This document shows, one piece after another, positions 1 through 10,198 of a stretch of 64,000 nt of DNA; positions within the stretch are counted from its first letter, which is position 1; every line of letters begins with the position of its first letter. The position numbers and the translations under genes are program-made. The notes under the pieces are model-generated. The model was not told where the DNA came from, did no database searches, and saw nothing but the letters and a program-made list of their open reading frames with translations. Source of the DNA: an uncultured Gammaproteobacteria bacterium (lineage in GTDB: Bacteria > Pseudomonadota > Gammaproteobacteria > Pseudomonadales > JAHEGP01); NCBI GenBank assembly GCA_963792875.1, contig CAWBXV010000004.1, positions 665 to 64,664 of the forward strand. Direction: 5' to 3'.

Positions 1-1
1 T

Positions 2-397
2 CTGATCAAGACCACGCCGGGGGAAGAGGGTAAGTGGTTTGCGACAGCCAAGGATTTGAAACTCTATGACTTCGCGTTGCTGCTCGCTGACCAGAGTCCC
101 TGCGAGCCGAAGACGCTGACCCGGGCAGCGCGAGATTTTCTTGAGACGGAACCTGAGTTTGCTCTCGGTGCGGCGATGGCGGCACTTCGCTGGTTGAACG
201 AAGGCTGGGGTTACGAGGTCACCACCATCGATGTGATTGATGCCTTTGACCTGGCGCTGGCAGCCGCTGACAGAGCGCACATAGATAATGTGTTAGATCA
301 GCTTTGTGGTCTGCTAGACGAAAGGCAGGGTGCCGGCAACGCATTCGTCAGGCAGTCGTTGTCGCGCAGGCTCCGCACACCCGGTGACTTAGGATGA
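2..397 (+). CDS. Conserved hypothetical protein, 5'-truncated by window edge
   Basis: Frame open from base 2 (LIKTTPGEEGKWFATAKDLKLYDF...) to stop at 397. Confidence 0.7.
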   Translation: MIKTTPGEEGKWFATAKDLKLYDFALLLADQSPCEPKTLTRAARDFLETEPEFALGAAMAALRWLNEGWGYEVTTIDVIDAFDLALAAADRAHIDNVLDQLCGLLDERQGAGNAFVRQSLSRRLRTPGDLG

Positions 398-410
398 TCA
401 AAATAAGACC

Positions 411-1166
411 ATGACCGACTTTCAACTACTCTTGGATCTCCACCGGCCTGCGGAACGACAGGGGCCTGGTGGGGATGCTGAAACAATACGAGCGCTGGAG
501 CTGGCGGGGCTCGATCGCTCGCGACCTTTGAAGATCGCGGATATCGGCTGCGGTACTGGTGCATCGACCATCCTCCTGGCAAAGGCGCTGGATGCCGACA
601 TCACCGCGGTGGACTTCCTGCCGGAGTTTCTCGATGAGCTTCACGCCAGAGCTGGCGACCATGGCGTGGCGGACAGGATCACCACGCTGAACTGTTCCAT
701 GGATGCCCTGCCGTTTGATGAAGGTGCATTCGATGTGATCTGGTCCGAAGGGGCCGTCTACAACATGGGCTTCGAGGCCGGGATATCAGCCTGGAGCCGA
801 TTCCTGAAGCCGGGTGGAAAGCTCATCGTTTCCGAGATCACATGGCTGAGCGCAACACGACCGACGGAGCTCCAGTCCCATTGGGAGACTGAGTACCCGG
901 AGATCGATGTCGCCTCGGCAAAGATTGGGATCCTGGAGCGGCACGGTTACAGTCCGGAGGCATACTTTGTCCTGCCGGCACATTGCTGGCTTGATAATTA
1001 CTATCGGCCCATGCAGCGTCGGTTTGAAGCATTCCTCGAACGGCATGGCGCGAGCGAGGAGGCGGTGGCCATCGTTGAGGCGGAACAGAACGAAATCTCC
1101 CTCTACGAAAAGTATCGCGACTACTACAGTTACGGGGTCTATGTTTCAAGGAAGCCGATGGTGTGA
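411..1166 (+). CDS. Class I SAM-dependent methyltransferase
   Basis: IADIGCGTG motif I; FDVIWSEG; LKPGG. Confidence 0.92.
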   Translation: MTDFQLLLDLHRPAERQGPGGDAETIRALELAGLDRSRPLKIADIGCGTGASTILLAKALDADITAVDFLPEFLDELHARAGDHGVADRITTLNCSMDALPFDEGAFDVIWSEGAVYNMGFEAGISAWSRFLKPGGKLIVSEITWLSATRPTELQSHWETEYPEIDVASAKIGILERHGYSPEAYFVLPAHCWLDNYYRPMQRRFEAFLERHGASEEAVAIVEAEQNEISLYEKYRDYYSYGVYVSRKPMV

Positions 1167-1428
1167 TGTGATCGTTCCGCTACTCAGTGGAGTCGCAGTC
1201 GTCGGTAGTTTGTTGGTGAGGGCCAACGTGTGTAACTGCGAGCGTCCGACGGGGTTAATCGTCGTTATGCAGGCGGCTCATTGTTCAATGAATTCTGCAA
1301 TTCTGCGTTCCACAGAAGGGACAATTTGAGACGATGAGAGACAAGCGATCGAGATGCCATAAACAAAAAAACCATTTAAGAATCAGCATCCTAAATGGTC
1401 TATCGTGGTCTTTCGACGTTTTTCAAAA

Positions 1429-1515
1429 TGGTGCCCAGGAGAGGACTTGAACCTCCACGGGGTTGCCCCCACTAGCACCTGAAGCTAGCGTGTATACCAA
1501 TTTCACCACCTGGGC
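1429..1515 (-). tRNA. tRNA-Leu (CAG)
   Basis: Reverse complement GCCCAGG...CTAGC-TTCAGGT-GCTAG, long variable arm, GTTCAAGTC, CCTGGGCACCA; 87 nt. Confidence 0.98.
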
Positions 1516-1550
1516 TAACATCGTCCTGCGCTTGGCGAGAACGGAAGCGC

Positions 1551-1579
1551 AAGATACTGGCCTTGGAGCCTGGTGTCAA
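1551..1579 (-). promoter_or_regulatory. Sigma70 promoter of tRNA-Leu
   Basis: TTGACA-17 bp-TATCTT on the minus strand just upstream of the tRNA. Confidence 0.75.
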
Positions 1580-2766
1580 CCAAATTTTTGTGCGCGCGGC
1601 GCCGCGTTGGCGGGGCCGGCGGCGAAGGGGGGTGTCTGGAAAGTCTGGGCGCGGTCGAGTGCGTGGTGGTGGGCGCCGGTGTCGTGGGCCTGGCCTGCGC
1701 CAGGGCGCTCGCCGAGAGTGGCCGCGAAGTGCTGGTGCTCGAGGCCGAGCGGCGCATCGGGGAGCACGGCAGCGCGCGCAACTCGGAGGTCATCCACGCC
1801 GGCATGCTCTATCCGCCGGGTTCGCTGAAAGCGCGCCTCTGCGTCGAGGGCCGCGCGCTGCTGTATGATTACCTTGGCCGCCGCGGCATCGCCCATCGGC
1901 GTCCGGGCAAACTCATCGTGGCCACCTCGCCGGCGCAGTTGCCGGCGCTGCGGCGTCTGCAGGCGTGGGGGCGGGCCAGTGGTGTGGATGATCTGCAGCT
2001 GCTGGAGGCGGCCGAGCTGGCGCGGCTGGAGCCGTCAGTGCGGGGAGTGGGCGCCCTGCTGTCGCCCGCCACGGGTATTTTCGACAGCCACGCCTATCTG
2101 CTGGCGTTGCGGGCCGATGTGGAGTCGGCGGGCGGCACGCTGGCATTCGGCGCGCGCGCCGTCGGGGGGCGCTTGAGCGCCGCGGGCTTCGAGCTGGATG
2201 TCGCGCAGCAGGGGCAGCGCTTTGAGCTGGGCTGCCGGTGGCTGGTCAATGCGGCGGGCCTCGGCGCGCAGCGGCTGGCGCGTGCGATCAGCGGCTTTCC
2301 TGGCCACAATATTCCCCCCGCCTATTATGCTCGGGGCCGCTATATGACATACTCCGCATCAGTGCCATTCAAACGCTTGATCTATCCCATGCCGCAGGCT
2401 GCGGGGCTGGGTATTCACCTGACCCTGGATATGGCCGGCCAAGCGCGCTTCGGCCCCGATGTGCAATGGGTCGGCGCACCTGCCTATGATTTCCCCAAAG
2501 GCTTGCGGTCAGGGTTTGCCCGGGCCATCCGCGACTATTGGCCAGAGGTCGATGCGCTGCGCCTGCAGCCTGGCTACGTCGGTGTCCGGCCCAAGCTGGC
2601 TGGCCCCGGCGAGGCCGCGGCCGACTTTGACATTCAGGGCCCCACGCAGCACGGCATCGCCGGGCTGGTACATTTTTTCGGGATTGAAAGCCCGGGGTTG
2701 ACGGCCTCCCTGGCCCTGGGAGCCTACGCCCGCAACTGTCTGGAAACTACCCATGCCAACAAGTAA
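1573..2766 (+). CDS. FAD-dependent oxidoreductase, L-2-hydroxyglutarate oxidase (LhgO) family; true start probably near 1636
   Basis: VVVGAGVVG, SARNSEVIHAG, GIHLTLD, GIESPGLTAS motifs. Confidence 0.88.
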   Translation: MSTKFLCARRRVGGAGGEGGCLESLGAVECVVVGAGVVGLACARALAESGREVLVLEAERRIGEHGSARNSEVIHAGMLYPPGSLKARLCVEGRALLYDYLGRRGIAHRRPGKLIVATSPAQLPALRRLQAWGRASGVDDLQLLEAAELARLEPSVRGVGALLSPATGIFDSHAYLLALRADVESAGGTLAFGARAVGGRLSAAGFELDVAQQGQRFELGCRWLVNAAGLGAQRLARAISGFPGHNIPPAYYARGRYMTYSASVPFKRLIYPMPQAAGLGIHLTLDMAGQARFGPDVQWVGAPAYDFPKGLRSGFARAIRDYWPEVDALRLQPGYVGVRPKLAGPGEAAADFDIQGPTQHGIAGLVHFFGIESPGLTASLALGAYARNCLETTHANK

Positions 2767-5044
2767 CAAACCCCTCGACCCCTTTGCCCAGCGGGAGGCC
2801 GAGCGCTACGCCAACCCCATCGCCAGCCGCGAGATGATTCTCGACATGCTGGCGGTGGTCGGCCGGCCGCTGAGCCGAAGCGAGCTCGCCAAGCGCCTCA
2901 AGCTGCAAAGCGAGGACGAAGAGGAAGCCCTGCGGCGGCGCCTGCGCGCCATGGAAAGGGATGGTCAGGTCATGTGCACCCGCAAGGGGCTCTATGGCCT
3001 GGTCAGCAATATGGATCTGATCAAGGGCCGGGTGCTGGCGCACCGGGACGGCTTCGGCTTCGTCCGGCGCGAGGGTGGCGGGGGCGACGACATCTATCTG
3101 TCCAGCCGCCAGATGGTCCGGGTATTCGACGGCGACGAAGTGCTGGTGCGCGTCGACTCGATAGACTTCAAGGGCCGCGCCGAGGGCGTCATCGTCGAGG
3201 TGCTGGCGCGCAACACCAGTCAGGTGGTGGGTCGGCTGGCCCGGCAGGGCGGCATCCAGTTTGTCGTCCCGGAAAACCCCCGCATCAACCACGACGTGCA
3301 GTTGCCGCAGGGTGCCGAGGGGAGTGCGCAGCCGGGTCAGATCGTGGTGGTCGAGATTACCGAGCAGCCGGAGCGGCGCCGCAAGCCCGTGGGGCGCGTC
3401 ATCGAGACGCTGGGCGACGCCATGGATCCCGGTCTGGAGATCGAAATCGCGCTGCGCTCTCACGACCTGCCCTGGCAGTGGCCGCAGGACGCGCTGGATG
3501 AGGCCGCCCAGCTCGGCGAGCAGGTGCGCCCGGCCGATAAATCGCACCGCGTCGACCTGCGCGATCTCGATCTGGTCACCATCGACGGCGAGGACGCCCG
3601 CGACTTCGACGACGCGGTCTACTGCATGCCGCTGAGGACCGGCGGCTGGCGGCTGTGGGTGGCCATCGCCGATGTCTCGAGCTACGTGCAGGTGGGCTCG
3701 GCCCTGGATAGCGAAGCGCAGCTGCGGGGCACCTCGGTGTATTTTCCTGAGCGGGTCATCCCCATGCTGCCGGAGGCGCTGTCGAACGGCCTGTGTTCCC
3801 TCAATCCCGAGGTGGACCGGTTGTGCATGGTGTGCGAAATGCGCGTCGGCCGCAAGGGCAAGGTCGGCAGTTACCGCTTTTTCGAGGGGGTGATGCGCTC
3901 CAAGGCGCGCCTGACCTATAACGAGGTCGGCCGCTTCCTGCAGGGGGGCGAAGCCGAGGCCGTGCCGGCCTCGGTGCGCAAGCCGCTGAAAAACCTGTAC
4001 AAACTCTACCAGGCGCTGCGCAAGGCGCGCGATGCGCGGGGCGCGATCGATTTCGACACCGAGGAGACCCGCATCGTCTTCGGTGACAACCGCAAGATCG
4101 AGAAGATCGTGCCGGTCTACCGCGGCGATGCCCACAAGCTCATCGAGGAGTGCATGCTGGCGGCCAACGTGTGCGCCGCGGATTTTCTGGCAGAGCTCAA
4201 GCTGCCGGCCCTGTACCGCGTGCACGAGGGGCCGCGGGCGGAGAAGCTCGAAAACCTGCGCCGCTACCTGGGCGAGCTGGGCTTGTCGCTGGGAGGGGGC
4301 GACGATCCCGAGCCCGGCAATTATCAGGTGCTGCTTGAGCAGATTGCCGGCCGCCCCGATGCGCACATCATCCAGACCATGATGCTGCGCTCGATGAATC
4401 AGGCGGTCTATCAGCCGCAGAACCTCGGGCACTTCGGCCTGCACTACGAGGCCTACGCGCACTTTACCTCGCCGATCCGCCGCTATCCGGACCTGCTGGT
4501 GCACCGCGCCATTCGCAGCGTGATCCATTCGAACGCCAAGACCGCGCGCGTCGAGCGCGTGGCGGGCGCCGAGAAGATGGATACCGGGGTGATCTATCCC
4601 TATGACCTGAAGCGCATGGTGGCGCTGGGCGAGCACTGCTCGATGGCGGAGCGCCGCGCCGACGACGCCACCCGCGACGTGGTGGCCTGGCTCAAGTGCG
4701 AATACCTGCACGAGCGCATCGGCGAGGAGTTCGACGCGGTGGTGGCCTCCGTCACCTCCTTTGGTCTGTTCGTCGAACTGGTCGATGTCTACATCGAGGG
4801 GCTGGTGCACGTCACCTCGCTGCCGCGGGATTACTATCACTTCGACATCGCGCGCCAGCGGCTGGTGGGCGAGCGCACCGGCGCGAGCTGGCAGCTGGGC
4901 GGGCGCCTGCGCGTGCGGCTGGTGCGGGTCGACCTGGACGACCGCAAGATCGATCTCGAACCGGTGAGCGCCGGTGCGGTCGACGATGCCCCGCGCATAC
5001 CGCGCAAGCGCAAGAAGAAGCGGGCCCGCAGCAACGATGGCTAG
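2753..5044 (+). CDS. rnr: Ribonuclease R
   Basis: TIDGEDARDFDDA, HFTSPIRRYPDL, S1 domain, basic tail; upstream of rlmB. Confidence 0.97.
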   Translation: MPTSNKPLDPFAQREAERYANPIASREMILDMLAVVGRPLSRSELAKRLKLQSEDEEEALRRRLRAMERDGQVMCTRKGLYGLVSNMDLIKGRVLAHRDGFGFVRREGGGGDDIYLSSRQMVRVFDGDEVLVRVDSIDFKGRAEGVIVEVLARNTSQVVGRLARQGGIQFVVPENPRINHDVQLPQGAEGSAQPGQIVVVEITEQPERRRKPVGRVIETLGDAMDPGLEIEIALRSHDLPWQWPQDALDEAAQLGEQVRPADKSHRVDLRDLDLVTIDGEDARDFDDAVYCMPLRTGGWRLWVAIADVSSYVQVGSALDSEAQLRGTSVYFPERVIPMLPEALSNGLCSLNPEVDRLCMVCEMRVGRKGKVGSYRFFEGVMRSKARLTYNEVGRFLQGGEAEAVPASVRKPLKNLYKLYQALRKARDARGAIDFDTEETRIVFGDNRKIEKIVPVYRGDAHKLIEECMLAANVCAADFLAELKLPALYRVHEGPRAEKLENLRRYLGELGLSLGGGDDPEPGNYQVLLEQIAGRPDAHIIQTMMLRSMNQAVYQPQNLGHFGLHYEAYAHFTSPIRRYPDLLVHRAIRSVIHSNAKTARVERVAGAEKMDTGVIYPYDLKRMVALGEHCSMAERRADDATRDVVAWLKCEYLHERIGEEFDAVVASVTSFGLFVELVDVYIEGLVHVTSLPRDYYHFDIARQRLVGERTGASWQLGGRLRVRLVRVDLDDRKIDLEPVSAGAVDDAPRIPRKRKKKRARSNDG

Positions 5045-5798
5045 CACCGAGCGCGTCTTCGGCTGGCATGCCGTACTGGCCACCCTGCGCTCACATCCCG
5101 AGCGCGTGGTGGGCTTGTGGCTGGCGCCGGGGGACGACGGCGACCGCCAGCGCGAGCTGCGCGGACTCGCCGAGGCCGCCGGCATCACGGTGCAGCCCTG
5201 CGCCAGGCGGCAGCTCGATGAGTGGGTGCCCGGCAGGCACCAGGGCGTCGTGGCGCAGTGCCGGGTCGCGCCGCCGCCGGGTGAGCAGGCGTTGTCCGCC
5301 CATCTGGCGGGCCTGGCGCGGCCGTTGCTGCTGGTATTGGATGGCGTGACCGATCCTCACAACCTCGGCGCCTGTCTGCGCAGCGCCGATGCGGCCGGCG
5401 TCGATGCCGTCATCGTGCCCAGGGACAGGTCGGCGGGCTTGACGCCGGTGGTGCGCAAGGTGGCCAGCGGCGCCGCCGAGAGCGTGCCGCTGTATGTGGT
5501 GACCAACCTCGCGCGCACGCTGGACGAGCTCAAGCAGGCCGGCGTGTGGCTGGTGGGGGCGGCCGGCGAGGCCGCTCAGAGCCTCTACGAGGTGGACCTC
5601 GCGGGGCCCATTGCCCTGCTGCTGGGCGCCGAGGGCAGGGGCCTGCGCCGGCTGACCCGCGAGCGCTGTGATTTTCTGGTGAAGATTCCCATGGCCGGCG
5701 CCGTGGAGAGCCTCAACGTGTCCGTCGCGGCCGGCGTGTGTCTGTTCGAGGCGAGGCGCCAGCGGCTCATCGCGGAGAAAACCTCCGCTGCACCTTGA
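5037..5798 (+). CDS. rlmB: 23S rRNA Gm2251 methyltransferase
   Basis: LDGVTDPHNLGACLRSA, GAEGRGLR, ESLNVSVA SPOUT motifs. Confidence 0.96.
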   Translation: MASTERVFGWHAVLATLRSHPERVVGLWLAPGDDGDRQRELRGLAEAAGITVQPCARRQLDEWVPGRHQGVVAQCRVAPPPGEQALSAHLAGLARPLLLVLDGVTDPHNLGACLRSADAAGVDAVIVPRDRSAGLTPVVRKVASGAAESVPLYVVTNLARTLDELKQAGVWLVGAAGEAAQSLYEVDLAGPIALLLGAEGRGLRRLTRERCDFLVKIPMAGAVESLNVSVAAGVCLFEARRQRLIAEKTSAAP

Positions 5799-5854
5799 TC
5801 CCGGGGCCCGCCCTCTATAAAATGCCGGGTCCCCTTTTTGGGGTTCCCAATACA

Positions 5855-5905
5855 TCTCCTTGCCTCACCGCTGACAGCGGGAGGCTGCCCAATCCGAGAG
5901 GAGTA
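5855..5905 (+). promoter_or_regulatory. S6:S18-binding autoregulatory leader of the rpsF operon
   Basis: TCCTTGCCTC...GAGGC...AATCCGAGAGGAG: hairpin plus CCG next to the SD, matching the known gammaproteobacterial rpsF leader. Confidence 0.75.
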
Positions 5906-5910
5906 CTCCA

Positions 5911-6345
5911 TTGCGTCATTACGAGATCGTATTTCTGGTTCATCCGGACCAGAGTGAACAGGTTTCCGCCATGATCGAGCGGTATACCAAGCTCATCCAG
6001 GACGACGGCGGCAAAGTGCATCGCCTGGAAGACTGGGGGCGCCGCCAGCTGGCTTATCCCATCGAGAAGATCCACAAGGCGCACTATGTGCTGATGAACG
6101 TCGAGACCTCCGATGCGGTCATGGACGAGCTGACCACCAATTTCCGCTATAACGACGCGGTGTTGCGCAATCTGGTCATGCGTCGCGAAGATGCCGTCAC
6201 CGAGGAATCGCCCATCCTCAAGGTCGAGCGCGAAGGCCGCGATCGCCGTCCCCCGCGCCCGCCCCGCGGTGATTCCGGCAGGCACGGCGGCGCGCCCGTC
6301 GCAGCCGGCGGTGACGACAACGATGATTCCGAAGCTAGCGAATAA
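5911..6345 (+). CDS. rpsF: 30S ribosomal protein S6 (TTG start)
   Basis: [30 protein letters not shown]. Confidence 0.98.
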   Translation: MRHYEIVFLVHPDQSEQVSAMIERYTKLIQDDGGKVHRLEDWGRRQLAYPIEKIHKAHYVLMNVETSDAVMDELTTNFRYNDAVLRNLVMRREDAVTEESPILKVEREGRDRRPPRPPRGDSGRHGGAPVAAGGDDNDDSEASE

Positions 6346-6363
6346 TTTCTGAGGGTTTTCTCC

Positions 6364-6591
6364 ATGGCACGTTTTTTTCGTCGTCGCAAGTTCTGCCGCT
6401 TCACCGCCGAGGGCGTGAAGGAAATCGATTACAAGGATCTGGAAACGCTCAAGGCCTATGTTTCCGAGAACGGCAAGATCGTCCCCAGCCGCATTACCGG
6501 CACCAAGGCCAAGTATCAGCGCCAGCTTTCCACCGCGATCAAGCGGGCGCGCTACCTGGCACTGCTGCCCTACACGGACGGACACCAGTAG
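6364..6591 (+). CDS. rpsR: 30S ribosomal protein S18
   Basis: [20 protein letters not shown]...[13 protein letters not shown]. Confidence 0.99.
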   Translation: MARFFRRRKFCRFTAEGVKEIDYKDLETLKAYVSENGKIVPSRITGTKAKYQRQLSTAIKRARYLALLPYTDGHQ

Positions 6592-6607
6592 CATTCCGGG
6601 GTAACCA

Positions 6608-7468
6608 GTGATGCAGGGCTTGGCGCAGTTTGTCATGCGGGGCCGCCCGCAGGCCCTGATAGTCGCCTGCGTCAGCGCCGGGACGGTGCTGTTCTTCTGG
6701 GTGGGTGCCGCCGCGCTGGCCCTGGTGACGCTCCGCAAGGGGTGGGTCGAGGGTCTGATACTGCTGTTGTGGGCACTGCTGCCCGCCGGTCTGGCGCTGT
6801 ACCTGGCCCGCGAGTTCGCACCGCTGGCCGCGTTCCTGGGCAGCTTTGCGACGGCGCTGGTGCTGCGCACCACGGTTTCCTGGCCGGCGACGCTGGTGGT
6901 GGCCGCGCTCTGCGGTGCGGCCACGGGGCTGGTCATGCTGGGCTTCGCCGGGGCCTACGTCGGCGAGATCAAGGCGCTGGTGGATCAGTTTATCCAGCAG
7001 TACCAGAGCGCGCTCGCCGAGCAGGGCCAGACCCTGCAGCTGTCAGCGCCGTCGGCCGGGTTTATCGTCGGCATATTAGCACTGGTCGATGGCCTGACCG
7101 TGACGCTGTGCGTGATACTGGGCCGCTACTGGCAGGCGGCGCTCTACAACCCCGGCGGTTTCGGCGCCGAGTTCCGGCAGTTGCGGTTGCCGCCGGCGCT
7201 GGCGCTGGCCCTGCTGGCGGTGGCCGTGGGCTGCCTGCTCGCGGGCGGTGCGGCGCTGCCCTGGGGCTATCTGGCGACCCTGCCGTGTTTGTTCGCGGGG
7301 ATTGGTCTGGTGCATGGCATGGCAGGATTGAGGCAGCTTCGGCGTGGTTGGCTGGTGCTGTTCTACCTGCTGCTGTTGCTGATCAACCCCATGAAAGAAT
7401 TGGTCATTCTGGCTGCCGTTGCCGACAGCTGGTTCGATTTCAGGCGCCGCGCTGCGGGCGGCGCGTAA
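6608..7468 (+). CDS. Integral membrane protein (DUF2232/YybS-like) in the rpsF-rpsR-rplI operon
   Basis: Many hydrophobic helices; RYWQAALYNPGGFGAEF motif; position as in Pseudomonadales-like genomes. Confidence 0.85.
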   Translation: MMQGLAQFVMRGRPQALIVACVSAGTVLFFWVGAAALALVTLRKGWVEGLILLLWALLPAGLALYLAREFAPLAAFLGSFATALVLRTTVSWPATLVVAALCGAATGLVMLGFAGAYVGEIKALVDQFIQQYQSALAEQGQTLQLSAPSAGFIVGILALVDGLTVTLCVILGRYWQAALYNPGGFGAEFRQLRLPPALALALLAVAVGCLLAGGAALPWGYLATLPCLFAGIGLVHGMAGLRQLRRGWLVLFYLLLLLINPMKELVILAAVADSWFDFRRRAAGGA

Positions 7469-7526
7469 TAGATTTTCAGGCGCGGCAGCGGCTGCGCCAG
7501 TCAGACAAGTCATGAGGTGAGCTGCA

Positions 7527-7973
7527 ATGGAAGTCATTTTGCTCGAAAAGATCGTCAATCTGGGTGAGCTGGGAGACCAGGTCAGGGTAAAGGCGGGCTA
7601 CGGACGCAACTATCTGATACCTTTCGGAAAGGCCGTGCCTGCGACGCAGGACAACGTCGCGCAGTTTGAAGTCCGCCGCGCCGAGCTCGAAAAAGTGGCC
7701 GCGCAAAGGCTGGCCGATGCGCAGGCCCGCGCGGCGCAACTGGCCGAGCTGATGGTCACCATCACGGCCCATGCCGGCGATGAAGGCAAGCTGTTCGGTT
7801 CGGTGGGCGCGCGTGACGTCGCCGACGCCATCGTTGCTGCCGGGGTCACCGTCGGCAAGCACGAGGTCAAGATGCCCGGCGGGCCGATCCGCGAAGTGGG
7901 CGAGTACGAGGTCGATCTGCGCCTGCATACGGACGTGATGTCCGTGGTTCAGCTGGTCGTCGTCGCCGGCTGA
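7527..7973 (+). CDS. rplI: 50S ribosomal protein L9
   Basis: [33 protein letters not shown]. Confidence 0.98.
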   Translation: MEVILLEKIVNLGELGDQVRVKAGYGRNYLIPFGKAVPATQDNVAQFEVRRAELEKVAAQRLADAQARAAQLAELMVTITAHAGDEGKLFGSVGARDVADAIVAAGVTVGKHEVKMPGGPIREVGEYEVDLRLHTDVMSVVQLVVVAG

Positions 7974-7993
7974 GGCCGATCCGCCGCACGCGC

Positions 7994-8031
7994 AAAGCAC
8001 TGCCGGCTTCGCTGTCGCCAGTGCTTTTTTT
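7994..8031 (+). terminator. Intrinsic terminator after rplI
   Basis: AAAGCACTG...CAGTGCTTT stem ending in a T7 run. Confidence 0.8.
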
Positions 8032-8205
8032 GTCCCTGGCGATCGCCGGCAGTCGCCGCGATCGCGCGCGGGGCGCTGAGACCGACAGGGCTGGGTCCGT
8101 GTCGGCCGCTCCGGCGCCGGGCTTTACGCCGCTGCGACCCGACCGCCTCAGGGTTGCTCGGCACGGCAGCTAACGCGTCAACAGTTCAGCAGCAGGCAGT
8201 GTGAC

Positions 8206-9594
8206 ATGGTCGACCACGCAACAGCCGATCGGCGCGATGCCGAGATCGAGCGCCTGAAGATTCCTCCTCAGTCCTTCGAGGCCGAGCAATCGGTGATCGG
8301 CGGTCTGATGATCGCCCCGGACAGCTGGGACAAGGTCGCCGACCGCGTCATGGCGGATGACTTTTACCGCCCGGATCATCGCCTCATCTTTGCCACCCTG
8401 CGCGAACTGGTCGAGGCCAGGCAGCCGCTGGACGTGATCACGCTGTCCGAGGCGCTCGACAGCAAGGGCGAACTGGAGCGCATCGGCGGGCTGGTGTACC
8501 TGGGCGAACTGGTCAAGAACACGCCCAGTGCCGCCAATATCGAGACCTACGCCGACATCATCCGGGAGCGCGCCCTGCTGCGCCAGCTCATCGCGGTGTC
8601 GCGCGAGTCAATGGACGCGGCGTTTCAGCCCGAGGGCCGCAGCTCGGCGCAACTGCTGGCCGAGGCCGAAAACCGCCTGGCCGCCATCGCGGAGGGGCGC
8701 CCCAAGGACGGCGGACCGCAGCACATCACGCCGCTGCTGCGCGAGGCGGTCGACAAGATCGACGAGTTGTTCCGCTCCGAGGGCTCCATCACCGGCCTCA
8801 GTACCGGCTTCGAAGCGCTCGACAATATGACCTCCGGCCTGCAGAAGTCCGATCTGATCGTGCTCGCTGCGCGACCGTCGATGGGCAAGACCACCCTCGC
8901 CATGAACCTGGTCGAGCACGCCGTGATGAGCAGCGACCAGGCCGTCGTGGTGTTCAGCCTGGAGATGCCCGCCAGCTCCCTGATCATGCGGATGCTCTCC
9001 TCACTGGGGCGCATCAACCAGACCCGCGTGCGCACCGGCGCGCTGGAAGAGGACGACTGGCCCAAGCTCACCCAGGCCATCAACAAGCTCAAGGACCGGC
9101 AGCTTTTTATCGACGATACGCCGGCGCTGTCGCCCATGGAGATGCGGGCCCGCTGCAAGCGGATCAAGCGGGAACAAGGCGATATCGGCCTGATCATGGT
9201 GGACTATCTGCAGCTGATGCAGGTCCCCGGGCGGGGCGACAACCGGGTCGCGGAGATCTCCGAGATCTCCCGTAGCCTCAAGACCATCGCCAAGGAATTC
9301 AACTGCCCGATGGTGGCGCTGTCCCAGCTCAACCGCGGGCTCGAGCAGCGGCCCAACAAGCGGCCGGTGAATTCCGACCTGCGCGACTCGGGTGCCATCG
9401 AGCAGGACGCCGACGTCATCGCCTTCATCTATCGGGACGAGGTCTACAACGAGGACAGTCCCGACAAGGGTGTCGCGGAGATCATCATCGGCAAGCAGCG
9501 CAACGGCCCCATCGGCACCTGTCGCCTCACCTTTATCGGCGAGTGCACCCGCTTCGAGAACATGGCCAGCCGCAGCTACGACTACGAGCAATAA
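8206..9594 (+). CDS. dnaB: Replicative DNA helicase
   Basis: PPQSFEAEQ, AARPSMGKT, DYLQLM, SDLRDSGAIEQDAD, KQRNGP. Confidence 0.98.
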   Translation: MVDHATADRRDAEIERLKIPPQSFEAEQSVIGGLMIAPDSWDKVADRVMADDFYRPDHRLIFATLRELVEARQPLDVITLSEALDSKGELERIGGLVYLGELVKNTPSAANIETYADIIRERALLRQLIAVSRESMDAAFQPEGRSSAQLLAEAENRLAAIAEGRPKDGGPQHITPLLREAVDKIDELFRSEGSITGLSTGFEALDNMTSGLQKSDLIVLAARPSMGKTTLAMNLVEHAVMSSDQAVVVFSLEMPASSLIMRMLSSLGRINQTRVRTGALEEDDWPKLTQAINKLKDRQLFIDDTPALSPMEMRARCKRIKREQGDIGLIMVDYLQLMQVPGRGDNRVAEISEISRSLKTIAKEFNCPMVALSQLNRGLEQRPNKRPVNSDLRDSGAIEQDADVIAFIYRDEVYNEDSPDKGVAEIIIGKQRNGPIGTCRLTFIGECTRFENMASRSYDYEQ

Positions 9595-9603
9595 GACTGC
9601 GGC

Positions 9604-9649
9604 TTGCAAGGTGCGGCCTGCAAGGTGCGACCTGCAAGGTGCGGCCTGC
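9604..9649 (+). repeat. 14-bp tandem repeat (CTGCAAGGTGCGRC) x3
   Basis: ttgcaaggtgcggc-ctgcaaggtgcgac-ctgcaaggtgcggc-ctgc directly after the dnaB stop. Confidence 0.85.
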
Positions 9650-9724
9650 CGGTCGGGCATTAGCCCGCGAATGGGCATATACTGGCCCGGTCGGACTCAT
9701 CCTTTGAGCGGGGAGCGATGCGAT

Positions 9725-10198
9725 ATGGCGCAGGAGATCGAGCGGAAATACCTGGTGACCGATGCGGTGCTGCCGCTGCTGCAGGCGGGCACGGCGTACG
9801 TCCAGGGCTACCTGGCCCGCAGCGATCGCCTGGCGGTGCGGGCGCGCATCGCGGGCGATCGCGCCTGGCTCACCATCAAGAGCGCCGGCAGCGGCGGGGC
9901 CGTGCCGGTGCGCCTGGAATTCGAATACGCCATCCCGGCGGCGGATGCCCGCAGCATGCTGGCCGATCTGGTGGAGGGCCCCGTCATCCGCAAGACGCGC
10001 TACCGTATTCGCCATGCCGGCAGCCTCTGGGAGGTGGACGTGTTCGACGGCGACAATCGCGGTCTGATCGTGGCCGAGATCGAGCTCGACAGCCCCGATC
10101 AGGAGTTTGAGCGGCCGCCGTGGCTGGCGCAGGAAGTGACCGCCGATCCGCGCTACCTCAACGCCAATCTAGCCCTGCACCCCTACCGCCAATGGTAG
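9725..10198 (+). CDS. CYTH domain protein (triphosphate tunnel metalloenzyme)
   Basis: EIERKYLV, EFEYAIP, KTRY, WEVDVF, AEIEL. Confidence 0.93.
   Translation: MAQEIERKYLVTDAVLPLLQAGTAYVQGYLARSDRLAVRARIAGDRAWLTIKSAGSGGAVPVRLEFEYAIPAADARSMLADLVEGPVIRKTRYRIRHAGSLWEVDVFDGDNRGLIVAEIELDSPDQEFERPPWLAQEVTADPRYLNANLALHPYRQW

Larger units (their letters stand above)
1..1428. mobile_element. Probable end of a genomic island integrated at the 3' end of tRNA-Leu
   Basis: Lower GC than the flanking core, accessory genes, AT-rich spacer directly abutting the tRNA CCA end; no integrase in the window. Confidence 0.55.

Noticed and set aside
1221-1270. Possible integron attC site (GGCCAAC...GTTATGC)
   Set aside because: Core sites are imperfect, internal pairing is weak, and there is no second site or integrase
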